Made by a program: the position numbers and the translations under genes | Shown here: positions 28,192 to 37,580 of the stretch, piece by piece | How positions within the stretch are numbered: position 1 is the first letter of the stretch | Layout: each line of letters starts with the position of its first letter | Notes under the pieces: generated by a model | The model's input: the letters and a program-made list of their open reading frames with translations, nothing else | What the model was told of the DNA's origin: nothing | Database searches by the model: none | Assembly: GCA_963758525.1 (NCBI GenBank) | Contig: CAVWVQ010000003.1 | Location: 1,920,001-1,984,000, forward strand | From: an uncultured Phycisphaerales bacterium | GTDB lineage: Bacteria > Planctomycetota > Phycisphaerae > Tepidisphaerales > Tepidisphaeraceae | DNA length: 64,000 bases | Direction of reading: 5' to 3'

Positions 28192-28893
28192 TCAAAGCAT
28201 CGTCTTCTGGAGATAAATCACTTCGCCGCTGGCGTAGCGAAGATCGCCTCGCACGCATTGGCCGATCACGCGGGCGACATCTTCCGGTTGCAGCGCCTTC
28301 TCGCAGGGATACTGCTCCGCGGAGAAGAGGGAGCGAAGCATACTGGTCTCGACCGCGCCCGGGGCAATCGTATGCACTCGAATTCCGGCCTCTGCCCCTT
28401 CGCGGGCCGCGGACAACCCGAACAGATTGATTCCCGCTTTGGCGGCGCCATAAGCCGAGAAGCCCGGAAACGGATCGCGCGCCGCGGCGGAGGAAACGTT
28501 GACAATTACGCCGCGCCGCTGCGCTTCAAACTGCTTCCAGACCGCACGGCACAAATAAAACGCCGCCGACAGATTTGTGTCGATCACCGCGTGCCATTCG
28601 TCGTCGGTCATTCCCGATATCGATCTTGCGGGAGCAAGGCCGGCACAATGCACGATCGCGTCGATGCGCCCGAACTTCACCATCGTCCGAGCGACAATGC
28701 TTTCAGCCGCTGCCGGCTTCGCCACATCCGCCTGCACAACGAATCCCGTGCCCGCCAGCACCGCCGTCTCTTCAAGCTGATTCACTGTTCGCGAAACCAG
28801 CGCCAACTGATACCCGTGCGTCGCGAGTTCGACAGCCGTGGCTCTTCCGATTCCGCGTCCCGCTCCCGTGATAATCGCCACCGGGCCGCCCAT
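28192..28893 (-). CDS. SDR family NAD(P)-dependent oxidoreductase
   Basis: 'TGAGRGIG', 'NVSS', 'YGAAK', 'IAPGAVET'. Confidence 0.92.
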   Translation of the reverse strand: MGGPVAIITGAGRGIGRATAVELATHGYQLALVSRTVNQLEETAVLAGTGFVVQADVAKPAAAESIVARTMVKFGRIDAIVHCAGLAPARSISGMTDDEWHAVIDTNLSAAFYLCRAVWKQFEAQRRGVIVNVSSAAARDPFPGFSAYGAAKAGINLFGLSAAREGAEAGIRVHTIAPGAVETSMLRSLFSAEQYPCEKALQPEDVARVIGQCVRGDLRYASGEVIYLQKTML

Positions 28894-29032
28894 GCACTGC
28901 CTTTCGTTGCGCTCATGGTAACCGCCCGCTGTTTTCCGCACTACTGTGCCTTGGTGCCTCCGTGCCTTTCCTCTCCAAAACCCCCGTGCCGGGGTGTAAC
29001 TTTTAATTGTGGCAATTGCGGACATCGCGAGG

Positions 29033-29100
29033 GTAGGGCGGGATTCATCCCGCCGTTTTCTCGGCTCGCCCACACATCGGCGGGATGAATCCCGCCCTAC
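29033..29100. repeat. GTAG-type REPIN family C
   Basis: Arms identical to 12061-12124. Confidence 0.9.
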
Positions 29101-29231
29101 TCGGAGCCAATCGCCACTTTCGAGCGCGGGGCCCCGTGCCTTTTCTTCCGGACAAATCATGTCCCGAATGGCTCCGACTCGATATGATTCGAGAAGCATT
29201 GGCGGAGAAACCAAATCGAAAGGGAGCGAGC

Positions 29232-29429
29232 ATGATCTATTCGAAGATCAGTTACGGCTATGTCGTTCAGAGCTACGACAGCGAAACCGGCGATTGCATC
29301 GAGCAGAGCTTCGTCGCCGACGGGCGAGTTGAACGTCAGGACGAGACCGGCGAGCCGATCGCCGCAGAATTGGTGGGAGAGCTGGAAAACACCGAGAAGG
29401 AATGCGCATTTGACATGGTCCAGCCGTAA
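29232..29429 (+). CDS. Small acidic hypothetical protein (65 aa)
   Basis: AGGGAG RBS; 'MIYSKISYGYVVQSYD...FDMVQP'. Confidence 0.6.
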   Translation: MIYSKISYGYVVQSYDSETGDCIEQSFVADGRVERQDETGEPIAAELVGELENTEKECAFDMVQP

Positions 29430-29444
29430 ACAAGGCAGCACATG

Positions 29445-31649
29445 TTACGGTGATGATTTCATCAAGGCTCGACCGGTGCCTGCGTCGAAAAGGCGCAACG
29501 TGCGGTCGTCGCTCCCCGACACGATGTATTTTCCGTCCGGCGAGACCGCCAGGCAATTCACGGTTGCCTGATGACCGGAGCAGCTAAACTTCAAGAGGCG
29601 CGTCGCCGTGTTCCAGACGGTAATGGAGCCATCGTGCCCCCCCGCAAGAATGGTTTGTCCATCCGGCGAGAAGATAAGGCACCAGACGGTATCTACCGTG
29701 CCAGTGAGGGCGCCGAGAGGTATTCCAGTCTGGATATCCCAGAGCTGGGCATCGGGCGCATATTGGCTGGCAGACACTGCCAGGCGACTATCCGGGGAAG
29801 CCGCGACGCGGGTGACCATCGCGTTGGTGTGGTAGCTCTTTTCCTGTTTGCCGGTGCTGAAATTCCATAGAACAAAATCACTCCAGCGTCCGGTGAGCAG
29901 CACTCGCTCCTCATCCAGAAAAGCGCCCGTGACACACCAACTGACACCGCCGTTGAAGCTTTTGACGGCTCCCGACGCAAGGTCGATGCATTGCGCACCT
30001 GGCACCGTGCATGCCAGCAACGATGCTCCGCTCGGCGAGAAGTAGACCGACAGACCGTTCGAATCCGTCGGAATCGATTTAATCGGTTGCAGGTTGGAAT
30101 CCCACAATTGCACAAGCTTTTCACCCTCGGTGCAGGACGCAAGCATTTTGCCATCGGGGGAGAATGCCAGGCTCCTGGGGACGCCTGCGGCGCTGACCGA
30201 CGTTCGGAGTTGCCCGCTCTTGAAGTCCCAGAGCCGGATCTTTTGGTCGGCCGTCCCTGAAGCCAAGACCCGCCCATCGGGAGAGAACGCGATCGCCACG
30301 ACCGGCCCGCCGTTCATTGAGAAGGGAGGTGACGCAGCGCCCGCGACACCCGTTGGCGCCGGTTCTCCGATGAAGCTGGGAACGATCGGGGCCGGCGCCG
30401 AAGCGACCGACGGAACAGCGGGCGCGGGTGCAACTGCCACACCAGCCGGGGGCGAGTAAGAAGATGACCTGTGGGATCTCTCCCGACTGATGAACATTAC
30501 TGCCGCAACGGTCGCGACGATTCCGACAGCGCCTGCCGCCACGAGATTCCGGCGGCGCACATTGGGCGGTTGGTCCCGCACAGCCGTCGGAGACATGGGC
30601 TTTCCAGACAGGTAGTTGGCGATGTCGCGCGCGAGTTCTCCCGCCGTTTGATATCGGTCGTCGCGCCGTTTCGAGAGTGCCTTGAGCACGATCGCGTCGA
30701 TCACCGCGTTTAACGTGCACTGAGATCGCAGGCGCCAACGCCTTCGTGCCTTGGCCAACCCCTTCAACTCCCGGGGGCTTGCCGCGTACGAACTGGGAGG
30801 GGGAGGCTGAGCAGTGACGATGTTATGAAGCACGTCACGCATCGTCCCGACCACTTCATAGGGAAAGCGGCCGGTCAACATCTGATAAAGGATCACTCCC
30901 AGCGCATAAACATCTGACCGGCTGTCAACTTTCGAGCCGATGCCCTCGGCCTGCTCGGGGCTGGCCCATGGGAGAGAACCAATAAACTGGCCGGTGATGG
31001 TGACCGGCTGAGGATTGTGCTCGTCAGTCATCTGCGACAGGGCCGTGCGGGCCAGCCCGAAGTCCAAAACATGCGGTTGATTGTTTTCATCGATCCGCAG
31101 ATTGGACGGCTTGAGGTCGCGATGCACAACGCCGCGGAGATGAGCTGCGTTCACGGCGTCGCAAATCATCAAAAACATTCGCAGCAGTTCCGACGGGTCC
31201 TCCGGCGGAGGCCCTTTCGCGTGATTGAAGTAATAGGCATCCAGCCAGAGGTCCAACGGCTTGCCCGAGATGTACTCCATGGTCAGGTAGCGCGCACCCT
31301 GCGCCGTGGTGCCGCTGTCGATGATCTGAACCAGATTGGGGTGCTTGAGCGCCGCAAGCACCTGCACTTCACGTTCCATCCGGGCACGCTCGCTAGGCGA
31401 GGCAAGCGCGCCCTCCTTCAGAACTTTGATTGCCACCGTGCGCCCGGTCGATTCCTGGGTCGCTTCAAAGACAACAGCCTGGCCCCCGCGGCTGATTTCG
31501 CGGCGAAGCGTATATCCAGGAATGGTGACATGCACAAAATCCAGCCGGGGCGCCTCCACGTCGCTGATCAGCGGATTCGCCCTGGTGGGATTTGCAGAAT
31601 CGATTGTTGGGCCAATATTACTCATCGACTTCCCGACATTGACCGACAC
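29445..31649 (-). CDS. Ser/Thr protein kinase with TM helix and WD40 repeats
   Basis: 'GGQAVVF', 'VAIK', 'HRDLKPSN', 'DFGLA', 'WASPEQ'; repeats 'AFSPDG...LWD'. Confidence 0.95.
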   Translation of the reverse strand: MSVNVGKSMSNIGPTIDSANPTRANPLISDVEAPRLDFVHVTIPGYTLRREISRGGQAVVFEATQESTGRTVAIKVLKEGALASPSERARMEREVQVLAALKHPNLVQIIDSGTTAQGARYLTMEYISGKPLDLWLDAYYFNHAKGPPPEDPSELLRMFLMICDAVNAAHLRGVVHRDLKPSNLRIDENNQPHVLDFGLARTALSQMTDEHNPQPVTITGQFIGSLPWASPEQAEGIGSKVDSRSDVYALGVILYQMLTGRFPYEVVGTMRDVLHNIVTAQPPPPSSYAASPRELKGLAKARRRWRLRSQCTLNAVIDAIVLKALSKRRDDRYQTAGELARDIANYLSGKPMSPTAVRDQPPNVRRRNLVAAGAVGIVATVAAVMFISRERSHRSSSYSPPAGVAVAPAPAVPSVASAPAPIVPSFIGEPAPTGVAGAASPPFSMNGGPVVAIAFSPDGRVLASGTADQKIRLWDFKSGQLRTSVSAAGVPRSLAFSPDGKMLASCTEGEKLVQLWDSNLQPIKSIPTDSNGLSVYFSPSGASLLACTVPGAQCIDLASGAVKSFNGGVSWCVTGAFLDEERVLLTGRWSDFVLWNFSTGKQEKSYHTNAMVTRVAASPDSRLAVSASQYAPDAQLWDIQTGIPLGALTGTVDTVWCLIFSPDGQTILAGGHDGSITVWNTATRLLKFSCSGHQATVNCLAVSPDGKYIVSGSDDRTLRLFDAGTGRALMKSSP

Positions 31650-31744
31650 GACAAGCTGCTTTCAAGAACCCCCTGCCTTGGTTTCTCTCCCCCTCCGTGC
31701 CGCAGTTTACCCGCCGCGGCGGGTGCCTTCGTGCCTTCCCGCGC

Positions 31745-32674
31745 TTATTTCCGGAACAACGCCAGCAGGACCAGGACGGCGATCCCCGCCATCAAGGTGT
31801 ATTTCAGGGCGTAATATCCGCGCCGATTGACTTTCTTGATGCTCTGGAAAAATTCACGCAAGCCGTAGATCCCCGAAGATACCTTGTTCAGCGCTCCGAC
31901 CTTTTCAGTATCCATGTTCTGCGCCTGCGTCACCTTCACGATGTGATGCGCCACGAAGTGATTGACGGCCCGCACGACAGGATTGCTGATCGGCCGATCG
32001 ATGTCGCAGAAGAGAATCAGCCGGGATTCGTCGGTGTCGTTATTGACGCTGTGAATGTAGGTCTCGTCAAAGATCACCGCTTCACCGTCGCGCCAGGCGT
32101 AGGGATTGCCATCCACGTAAATCCGGCAGGCGTCGGAGTTGGGCGTTTTCAACCCCAGGTGATATCGCAATGAGCCGGCGAATGGATCTCGATGCTCCCC
32201 CAGCTTGCTTTTGCCCGGCAGCAGCGCAAACAGCGCGGCATGCACCGACGGAATCGATTCGACCAGCTCCACGGTCTTTGGACAAATCTCCTTCGCCGAC
32301 GGCATGAATTCATCGTACCACTTCAGATAGAATCGCTTCCAGCCGCGCTTGAAAAACGTGTTGAACGCCAGGTCATTATGCTTGTTCGATGCCTGGATGT
32401 GTCCTCCCTCATACAGGCGAAGCGCCTCATCGCGAATCATGAGCCAGTTGTCTTTCAGCGGCTTGAGCTCGGGAAAATCCGCCAGGTCGAGAATCGGCTT
32501 GTTGGAGACGCCCGAAAAAAGATAGACCAGCGCGTTGTAAGGCGCCATGAACGTGGAATGATCCGTTAATTGTCTCGAAAATTTGTGGCGCACCCTGCCG
32601 CGAAAGTGAATGAACAGCGCGCAGGCGACCAGCAGCAGCAGCAAACCGAAAACGACAAATCGCGCGACATGCAT
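31745..32674 (-). CDS. lpxO: Aspartyl/asparaginyl beta-hydroxylase family, lipid A hydroxylase LpxO-like
   Basis: 'RQLTDHSTFMAPYN', 'GWKRFYLKWY', 'HRDPFAGSLRYHLGL', 'FDETYIH'; N- and C-terminal TM helices. Confidence 0.85.
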   Translation of the reverse strand: MHVARFVVFGLLLLLVACALFIHFRGRVRHKFSRQLTDHSTFMAPYNALVYLFSGVSNKPILDLADFPELKPLKDNWLMIRDEALRLYEGGHIQASNKHNDLAFNTFFKRGWKRFYLKWYDEFMPSAKEICPKTVELVESIPSVHAALFALLPGKSKLGEHRDPFAGSLRYHLGLKTPNSDACRIYVDGNPYAWRDGEAVIFDETYIHSVNNDTDESRLILFCDIDRPISNPVVRAVNHFVAHHIVKVTQAQNMDTEKVGALNKVSSGIYGLREFFQSIKKVNRRGYYALKYTLMAGIAVLVLLALFRK

Positions 32675-32847
32675 AGAACCTCAATGCCATCCGCCAAACG
32701 CGGCGGGAACGACCGCCATCCGAGCGCACGATTATCCGGCAACGCGGCTGGGTTGGTCAATGACCACCATTCGCGAGAGCCTTCGACCGGGTGAGTCACA
32801 TGACGCGCAGCCAGTTTCGATCATGTCGCTTCATGCACTTCTGACGA

Positions 32848-33688
32848 TCAGCCAAGTGAGCGCAACCCCATCAACAACCAAAGAAAACTCGTGCTCACGC
32901 GGCGCCGTTCTCTTTCTTCCGACTCGGCCGATGCCGGCCGGTGGATCAACCGATAGATGCCGGCGCCATAGGGATCACCAAGTTCTTCGACGATGGGCAG
33001 CAGCCGCTCCAGGGTGGCGCGCTGACAGGCACGGCCCACGTCGAACCCGAGCAGCAAGGGGCGGGCAAATTCCCAATCGAAATGTCGTCGACGACTTGCG
33101 AGAGCGGTCCTTCAACCAGTTCCGACTCGCGTCCTTCCAGCGGATAGTTTTCCACAACATGCCACAAGTCGGAGAGATCGCGGCCATCCTGATCCTTGCG
33201 ATCCGAATAGGCGACGAATTTCAGCGCGACAAGCAGTGGAACTGTGGCAACAGGCAATTTCAAATCGGCCGCCAGGTCGACTTGGGTGGCGTGCTCAAAC
33301 GCGTCGGAAAACCCAAAAACATTCATCTGCATTCCACTAACCGCCGGCGAATATGGCCGTCGTCCTCAAGGCCGCCGAAGGGCACCAAATCAATCTTGGT
33401 ACGGCTCGAAACATGGACTAATTCATGCTCATAACGCCCCTGCACAAACGCATCAGCCTGTGCTTTGAGCCTTTCACACAATTGCCGAAAGGCATCCCAG
33501 TCGGATACGCAGACGCCGAAGTCCCAGTCGGTCGTGGTGCGATGGAGCGGTATTTTGTTTGGCAAGTTGAAAACGAGCCAGCGCGCACTTGCTCCGACGG
33601 CAAAGACAGGGATTCCCACTCCTTCCGCGGCCCGCAGCAGGCTGCGCAGACAGTTGAGCTCAGTGTCGGTTATTTGGTCGTTCATCAT
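32848..33688 (-). CDS. AbiEii-like nucleotidyltransferase toxin (two apparent frameshifts, ~33340 and ~33065)
   Basis: 'VGASAR', 'RTTTDWDFGV', 'IDLVPFGGLE', 'MNVFGFSDA', 'LKFVAYSDR...RDLSDL' spread over three frames. Confidence 0.7.
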
Positions 33689-34772
33689 CGAGGATCGGCG
33701 CCAGGTATTGGTCAAAGATCAATTTCGCCGTCTCCTGAAGTCGGTTGTCCGGCGCGCCGTGAAGCAATTCTGCGTAGACGAGCAGCGGATTAATGACACG
33801 TTCGTCTTCGTGCCGTTCCCAACGCCACGCCGACATCTCTCCGAATTGTTCGAGCAGGACGATGTTTCCTGTCCGGTCGGGAATGAGCCGCATTTCCTGA
33901 ATCAGGGGCAGCAGCGGACGATGCGGCCGAATGTGAAATGCGGCCGATTGCGGGCGCAGGTGTCTTGTGACGAGAGCGGCGGCCAACTCTCCACCGACCA
34001 AAACATCCTCAGCCATCGCCTTGGGAATTCGACCGGCAAGCTCCTCAACCGGGAGTTTATCTGCCTGCCGGAATGTCTGCGGCTTCAGCCGTGGCCTCAG
34101 CCGGGTTGCGTAGCCGAACTCCCAGTGTTCAAGGAGACTTCGGGAATTGACCAGCGAGTTTTGATCGGGTGCGACGAGCCGAATGAACCCGAGACTGCGA
34201 AGATCGCTGAGAATGCGTGATATGGAACCGAGCGAGAGCCCAGCTTGCTGTTCCAACTCCCGATACCGTTTATCGATCGCGTCTGGCCGGCTCAGAAGCA
34301 GTGCAATCAATTGCAGGCCGGTCGCCTGAAAAGCTCGCGTCACCCTCTCGGATCGCTGTATTGGCTTGAAGCCGCGAAGCCAAATGTAAACAAGCGGGTC
34401 GGCGACAAAAGAGGCGTTGCCCGCCAGATCCAGATAGGAGATGCCCGCCGCACGCAATCGATCCCCAAGCGAATCGTTGATGTACGGAGCCAGCAGCAGA
34501 GGCTTCATTCCGGAGACTGCTTCTCGTTCGCGCAGGCGATGGATGATCGATGCGAGAGCGTCTACATCAAGCCGGCGCTTGGTTTCGCAGAGATAGGAAC
34601 TGCTCTGGCCGCTGGGCGATCCAATAGTCAGGCATCCATCCAAGGAATCAGCTCCGGCCGCCTTGCTCGAGTGGTCGATAAGCTCTGTTTTGCCAAATCT
34701 TTGCAGCAGAGGCTCGCACTGCTCAAAGAGTGCAAGGCCTTGACGGTTTAGGGCGTCCAGTTGGAAATGCAT
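33660..34772 (-). CDS. Type IV TA antitoxin, AbiEi-like (with wHTH)
   Basis: 'LRAAGISYLDLAGNA', HTH 'RELEQQAGLSLGSISRIL', 'GGELAA', 'PLLVYAELL'; overlaps the toxin start. Confidence 0.8.
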   Translation of the reverse strand: MHFQLDALNRQGLALFEQCEPLLQRFGKTELIDHSSKAAGADSLDGCLTIGSPSGQSSSYLCETKRRLDVDALASIIHRLREREAVSGMKPLLLAPYINDSLGDRLRAAGISYLDLAGNASFVADPLVYIWLRGFKPIQRSERVTRAFQATGLQLIALLLSRPDAIDKRYRELEQQAGLSLGSISRILSDLRSLGFIRLVAPDQNSLVNSRSLLEHWEFGYATRLRPRLKPQTFRQADKLPVEELAGRIPKAMAEDVLVGGELAAALVTRHLRPQSAAFHIRPHRPLLPLIQEMRLIPDRTGNIVLLEQFGEMSAWRWERHEDERVINPLLVYAELLHGAPDNRLQETAKLIFDQYLAPILDDERPNNRH

Positions 34773-34791
34773 GTCGTTTCGTTGTTCACTA

Positions 34792-34820
34792 TATTACACT
34801 GTTCATTCCGAATGAACAAC
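34792..34820 (-). promoter_or_regulatory. Putative TA promoter with inverted-repeat operator
   Basis: Minus strand TTGTTC-17 nt-TAATAT; perfect IR TGTTCATTC-C-GAATGAACA at 34800-34818. Confidence 0.6.
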
Positions 34821-34905
34821 GCAGAATCTGGAACAACCACACCTCCTAATCGTCAAAACCGGCCTCCGGCTTGGTAAGGCGACGACAATTTCATGGGTCG
34901 CAATT

Positions 34906-36453
34906 TTACTCCCACTCAATCGTCGCCGGCGGTTTGCTGCTGATGTCATACACCACCCGGTTCACCCCCCTAACCTCGTTAATGATCCGATTACTCATCG
35001 TGGCCAATACATCAAACGGAATGCGCGCCCAGTCAGCGGTCATGAAATCCTGGCTCTCCACGGCACGAATTGCCACCACAGAATCGTAGCTCCGCGCATC
35101 ACCCATCACCCCCACCGTCCCGATCGGCAGCAGCACCGCAAACACCTGGGCTGTTTTTCGATAGAGATTCGCGGCGATCAATTCTTCCAGAACAATCTCG
35201 TCCGCGTCGCGCAACACGCGGAGCCGTTCCGGCGTGACTTCGCCGACCACACGCACTGCCAATCCTGGCCCGGGGAATGGATGCCGCCAGACGAGATTTT
35301 CGGGAAGACCGAGCACCTCACCAACTTTTCTCACCTCATCCTTGAACAACTCCCGCAATGGCTCGACCAGTTCGAATCCAAGCTGCTCCGGCAAGCCGCC
35401 GACGTTGTGATGGAGCTTGATGTTGGCCGCCGTCCCGGCATATCCATGGCCGCTTTCGATGACATCCGGATAGAGCGTCCCCTGTGCGAGATATTTGACG
35501 CCTTCAATCCCGCCGGCTTCGCGTTTGAATGCCTCTATGAACTCTTTGCCGATGATCTTCCGCTTTTGCTGCGGATCGATCACGCCTCTCAGCTCGCGGA
35601 GAAACTGCTCTCCGGTGTCGAGGACGCGCAGGTCGATCTTGAAATGATCGCGAAATGTCTGCTCCACGAGGTTTCGCTCGTTTTTGCGCAGCAGCCCGTT
35701 GTCAACGAAGATGCAGGTGAGACGGTCGCCCACCGCGCGATGCAGGAGTGCCGCCACGACGGAGGAATCGACCCCGCCGGAAAGTCCGCAGATCACCCGC
35801 CCCGAGCCGATCTGCTCGCGCGCCCGTCCGATCGCCTGCTCGGCAAAATTCCCCATGGTCCACGAGCCGGTGCATTTGCAGATGTCGTAGAGAAAGTTGT
35901 GAAAGATCTGCTCGCCGCGCGGCGTATGCGTCACCTCCGGGTGAAACTGCACGCCGTAAAACGGGCGCGTCCGATGCCGCGCCGCTGCATACGGACACGT
36001 CGGCGTCGTAGCCAACGCCGTAAATTCCTCCGGTAATTCGTGAATCTGATCGCCATGGCTCATCCAGACGGTCGTCTCCCTCGGCAACCCATGCACCAGC
36101 GCGTCCTTCTCATCGGTGACGCTCAGCTTCGCGCGCCCATATTCTCGAGCCTTGGCCGGCTTCACCTGCCCGCCGAGAATCTGCGCCCCCAGTTGCATGC
36201 CGTAGCAAATCCCCAGCACTGGAACGCCCAGATCGAAAATGTTGGGATCGCAGCGCGCGCGCCCTGCGTCATAAACGCTGCTGGGTCCTCCGCTCAGAAT
36301 CAACCCTTTCAGCTTGAATTTGCTCAGTTCCTCCGCGCTGATTTCCGGCCGGACCAGTTCACTGTAGACGCCCTTTTCGCGCATGCGCCTGGCAATGAGC
36401 TGCGCGTACTGCGACCCAAAATCCAGAATGGGAATGACTTCGTCGTGCTGCAT
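34906..36453 (-). CDS. guaA: GMP synthase (glutamine-hydrolysing)
   Basis: '[15 protein letters not shown]', 'GICYGMQ', 'QFHPEV', 'SGGVDS', 'KPPATIEWE'. Confidence 0.98.
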   Translation of the reverse strand: MQHDEVIPILDFGSQYAQLIARRMREKGVYSELVRPEISAEELSKFKLKGLILSGGPSSVYDAGRARCDPNIFDLGVPVLGICYGMQLGAQILGGQVKPAKAREYGRAKLSVTDEKDALVHGLPRETTVWMSHGDQIHELPEEFTALATTPTCPYAAARHRTRPFYGVQFHPEVTHTPRGEQIFHNFLYDICKCTGSWTMGNFAEQAIGRAREQIGSGRVICGLSGGVDSSVVAALLHRAVGDRLTCIFVDNGLLRKNERNLVEQTFRDHFKIDLRVLDTGEQFLRELRGVIDPQQKRKIIGKEFIEAFKREAGGIEGVKYLAQGTLYPDVIESGHGYAGTAANIKLHHNVGGLPEQLGFELVEPLRELFKDEVRKVGEVLGLPENLVWRHPFPGPGLAVRVVGEVTPERLRVLRDADEIVLEELIAANLYRKTAQVFAVLLPIGTVGVMGDARSYDSVVAIRAVESQDFMTADWARIPFDVLATMSNRIINEVRGVNRVVYDISSKPPATIEWE

Positions 36454-36705
36454 AGGAATGAACTACCGAATTCGGCCTGCGAATGCAAAGCGATCAAGCC
36501 GCTCCGACCGCGGGCCCAGTACTTTCTCAGGTGGTTCCAGCCGACTGCTTCGGATCGGCCTGCACGGCGGGGTAAGCTTTTTTGCCTGACGTCCCGTGTG
36601 GCGTTACTCTCGATAGAACGTCATCTTTCATGCCAGACTGGAGCCGCGGTGGACCGACTCGGGCGCCATCGCTTGCAGGCTAATACGGATTTGCGTTAAG
36701 CCTTC

Positions 36706-36948
36706 ATGGAGCAATTTATGAAACCTCCCGTTGCCGTGGCAACGATAATTGCAGGCGCGCTCATCCTCTTGGCGCCGTACATCAGCAACGCCATCGGAAC
36801 GGCGATTGTTGCCTCGACCATCGCGCGTGTCGGGAAAGGTGTTGATCTTACAGGCAGTATGCCGAGCTGGTACGACGCCGCTTGTTTTGTGACCGGAATC
36901 CTGATGATTTCCGTCGGCATCGCTTCGTCACTTCGGCGGGAGCCATAA
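36706..36948 (+). CDS. Small two-TM membrane protein
   Basis: 80 aa with two hydrophobic helices. Confidence 0.55.
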   Translation: MEQFMKPPVAVATIIAGALILLAPYISNAIGTAIVASTIARVGKGVDLTGSMPSWYDAACFVTGILMISVGIASSLRREP

Positions 36949-37039
36949 GTACCTGCGATCTGGGAGGGAGTTGTCGTGGCTCAGCGACCGCGACGCGATG
37001 CGTTGTGACCGTAATTTTTGTTACTAGCAACGGCTTCTG

Positions 37040-37161
37040 GCCTCTTCTGCCGGTACTCGGAGAGAAGGTGAGGGTGATTCCGACTACCAAAGTGACTCGA
37101 CGCTCGAAAGCACTCGAAAGCACCCTCACCCCAGCCCTCTCCCGGAGTACCAGGAGAGGGG
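37040..37161. repeat. Palindromic repeat family F
   Basis: ccctcaccccagccctctcccggagtaccaggagagggg with a degenerate left arm. Confidence 0.7.
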
Positions 37162-37331
37162 GCAAGAAGCGACGATTGCGACTATTGAGGCATTGCACCC
37201 CTGCTTTCTCCCGCCTTTCAGAGAAATCATTTTTCTCTGGGATTTATGGGGATAAATGTTACTTTAGACTACGCCGCTCGCGGCATTTGCACGGGTTCAC
37301 ATCATCGACCCCTTTTGAAGGAGTTGTTCCC

Positions 37332-37568
37332 ATGAAAGAGTCTGCTTCTGCTGTTGCGGTTCTGCTTCCCGAGGCTCGCCAAGGGGAATCCGCAGGTGAG
37401 ATGCGCGTCAGCCTTGAGGCCCCCAGGTCGGCCATTCGCGATTTCGCCCATGTGCAAAACGGTTGGGGGAAGTGCTCGAAGAACGGGTGCAACTGCAATA
37501 CCTTCGAAGGCTACGGCGGCACCTGCGCCAACAGCGGTTGCGGACACAGTTTCGAAGATCACTGGTGA
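37332..37568 (+). CDS. Small protein with C-terminal Cys/His cluster (78 aa)
   Basis: AAGGAG RBS; 'CSKNGCNCNTFEGYGGTCANSGCGHSFEDHW'. Confidence 0.65.
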   Translation: MKESASAVAVLLPEARQGESAGEMRVSLEAPRSAIRDFAHVQNGWGKCSKNGCNCNTFEGYGGTCANSGCGHSFEDHW

Positions 37569-37580
37569 TGAGCACTCTCT

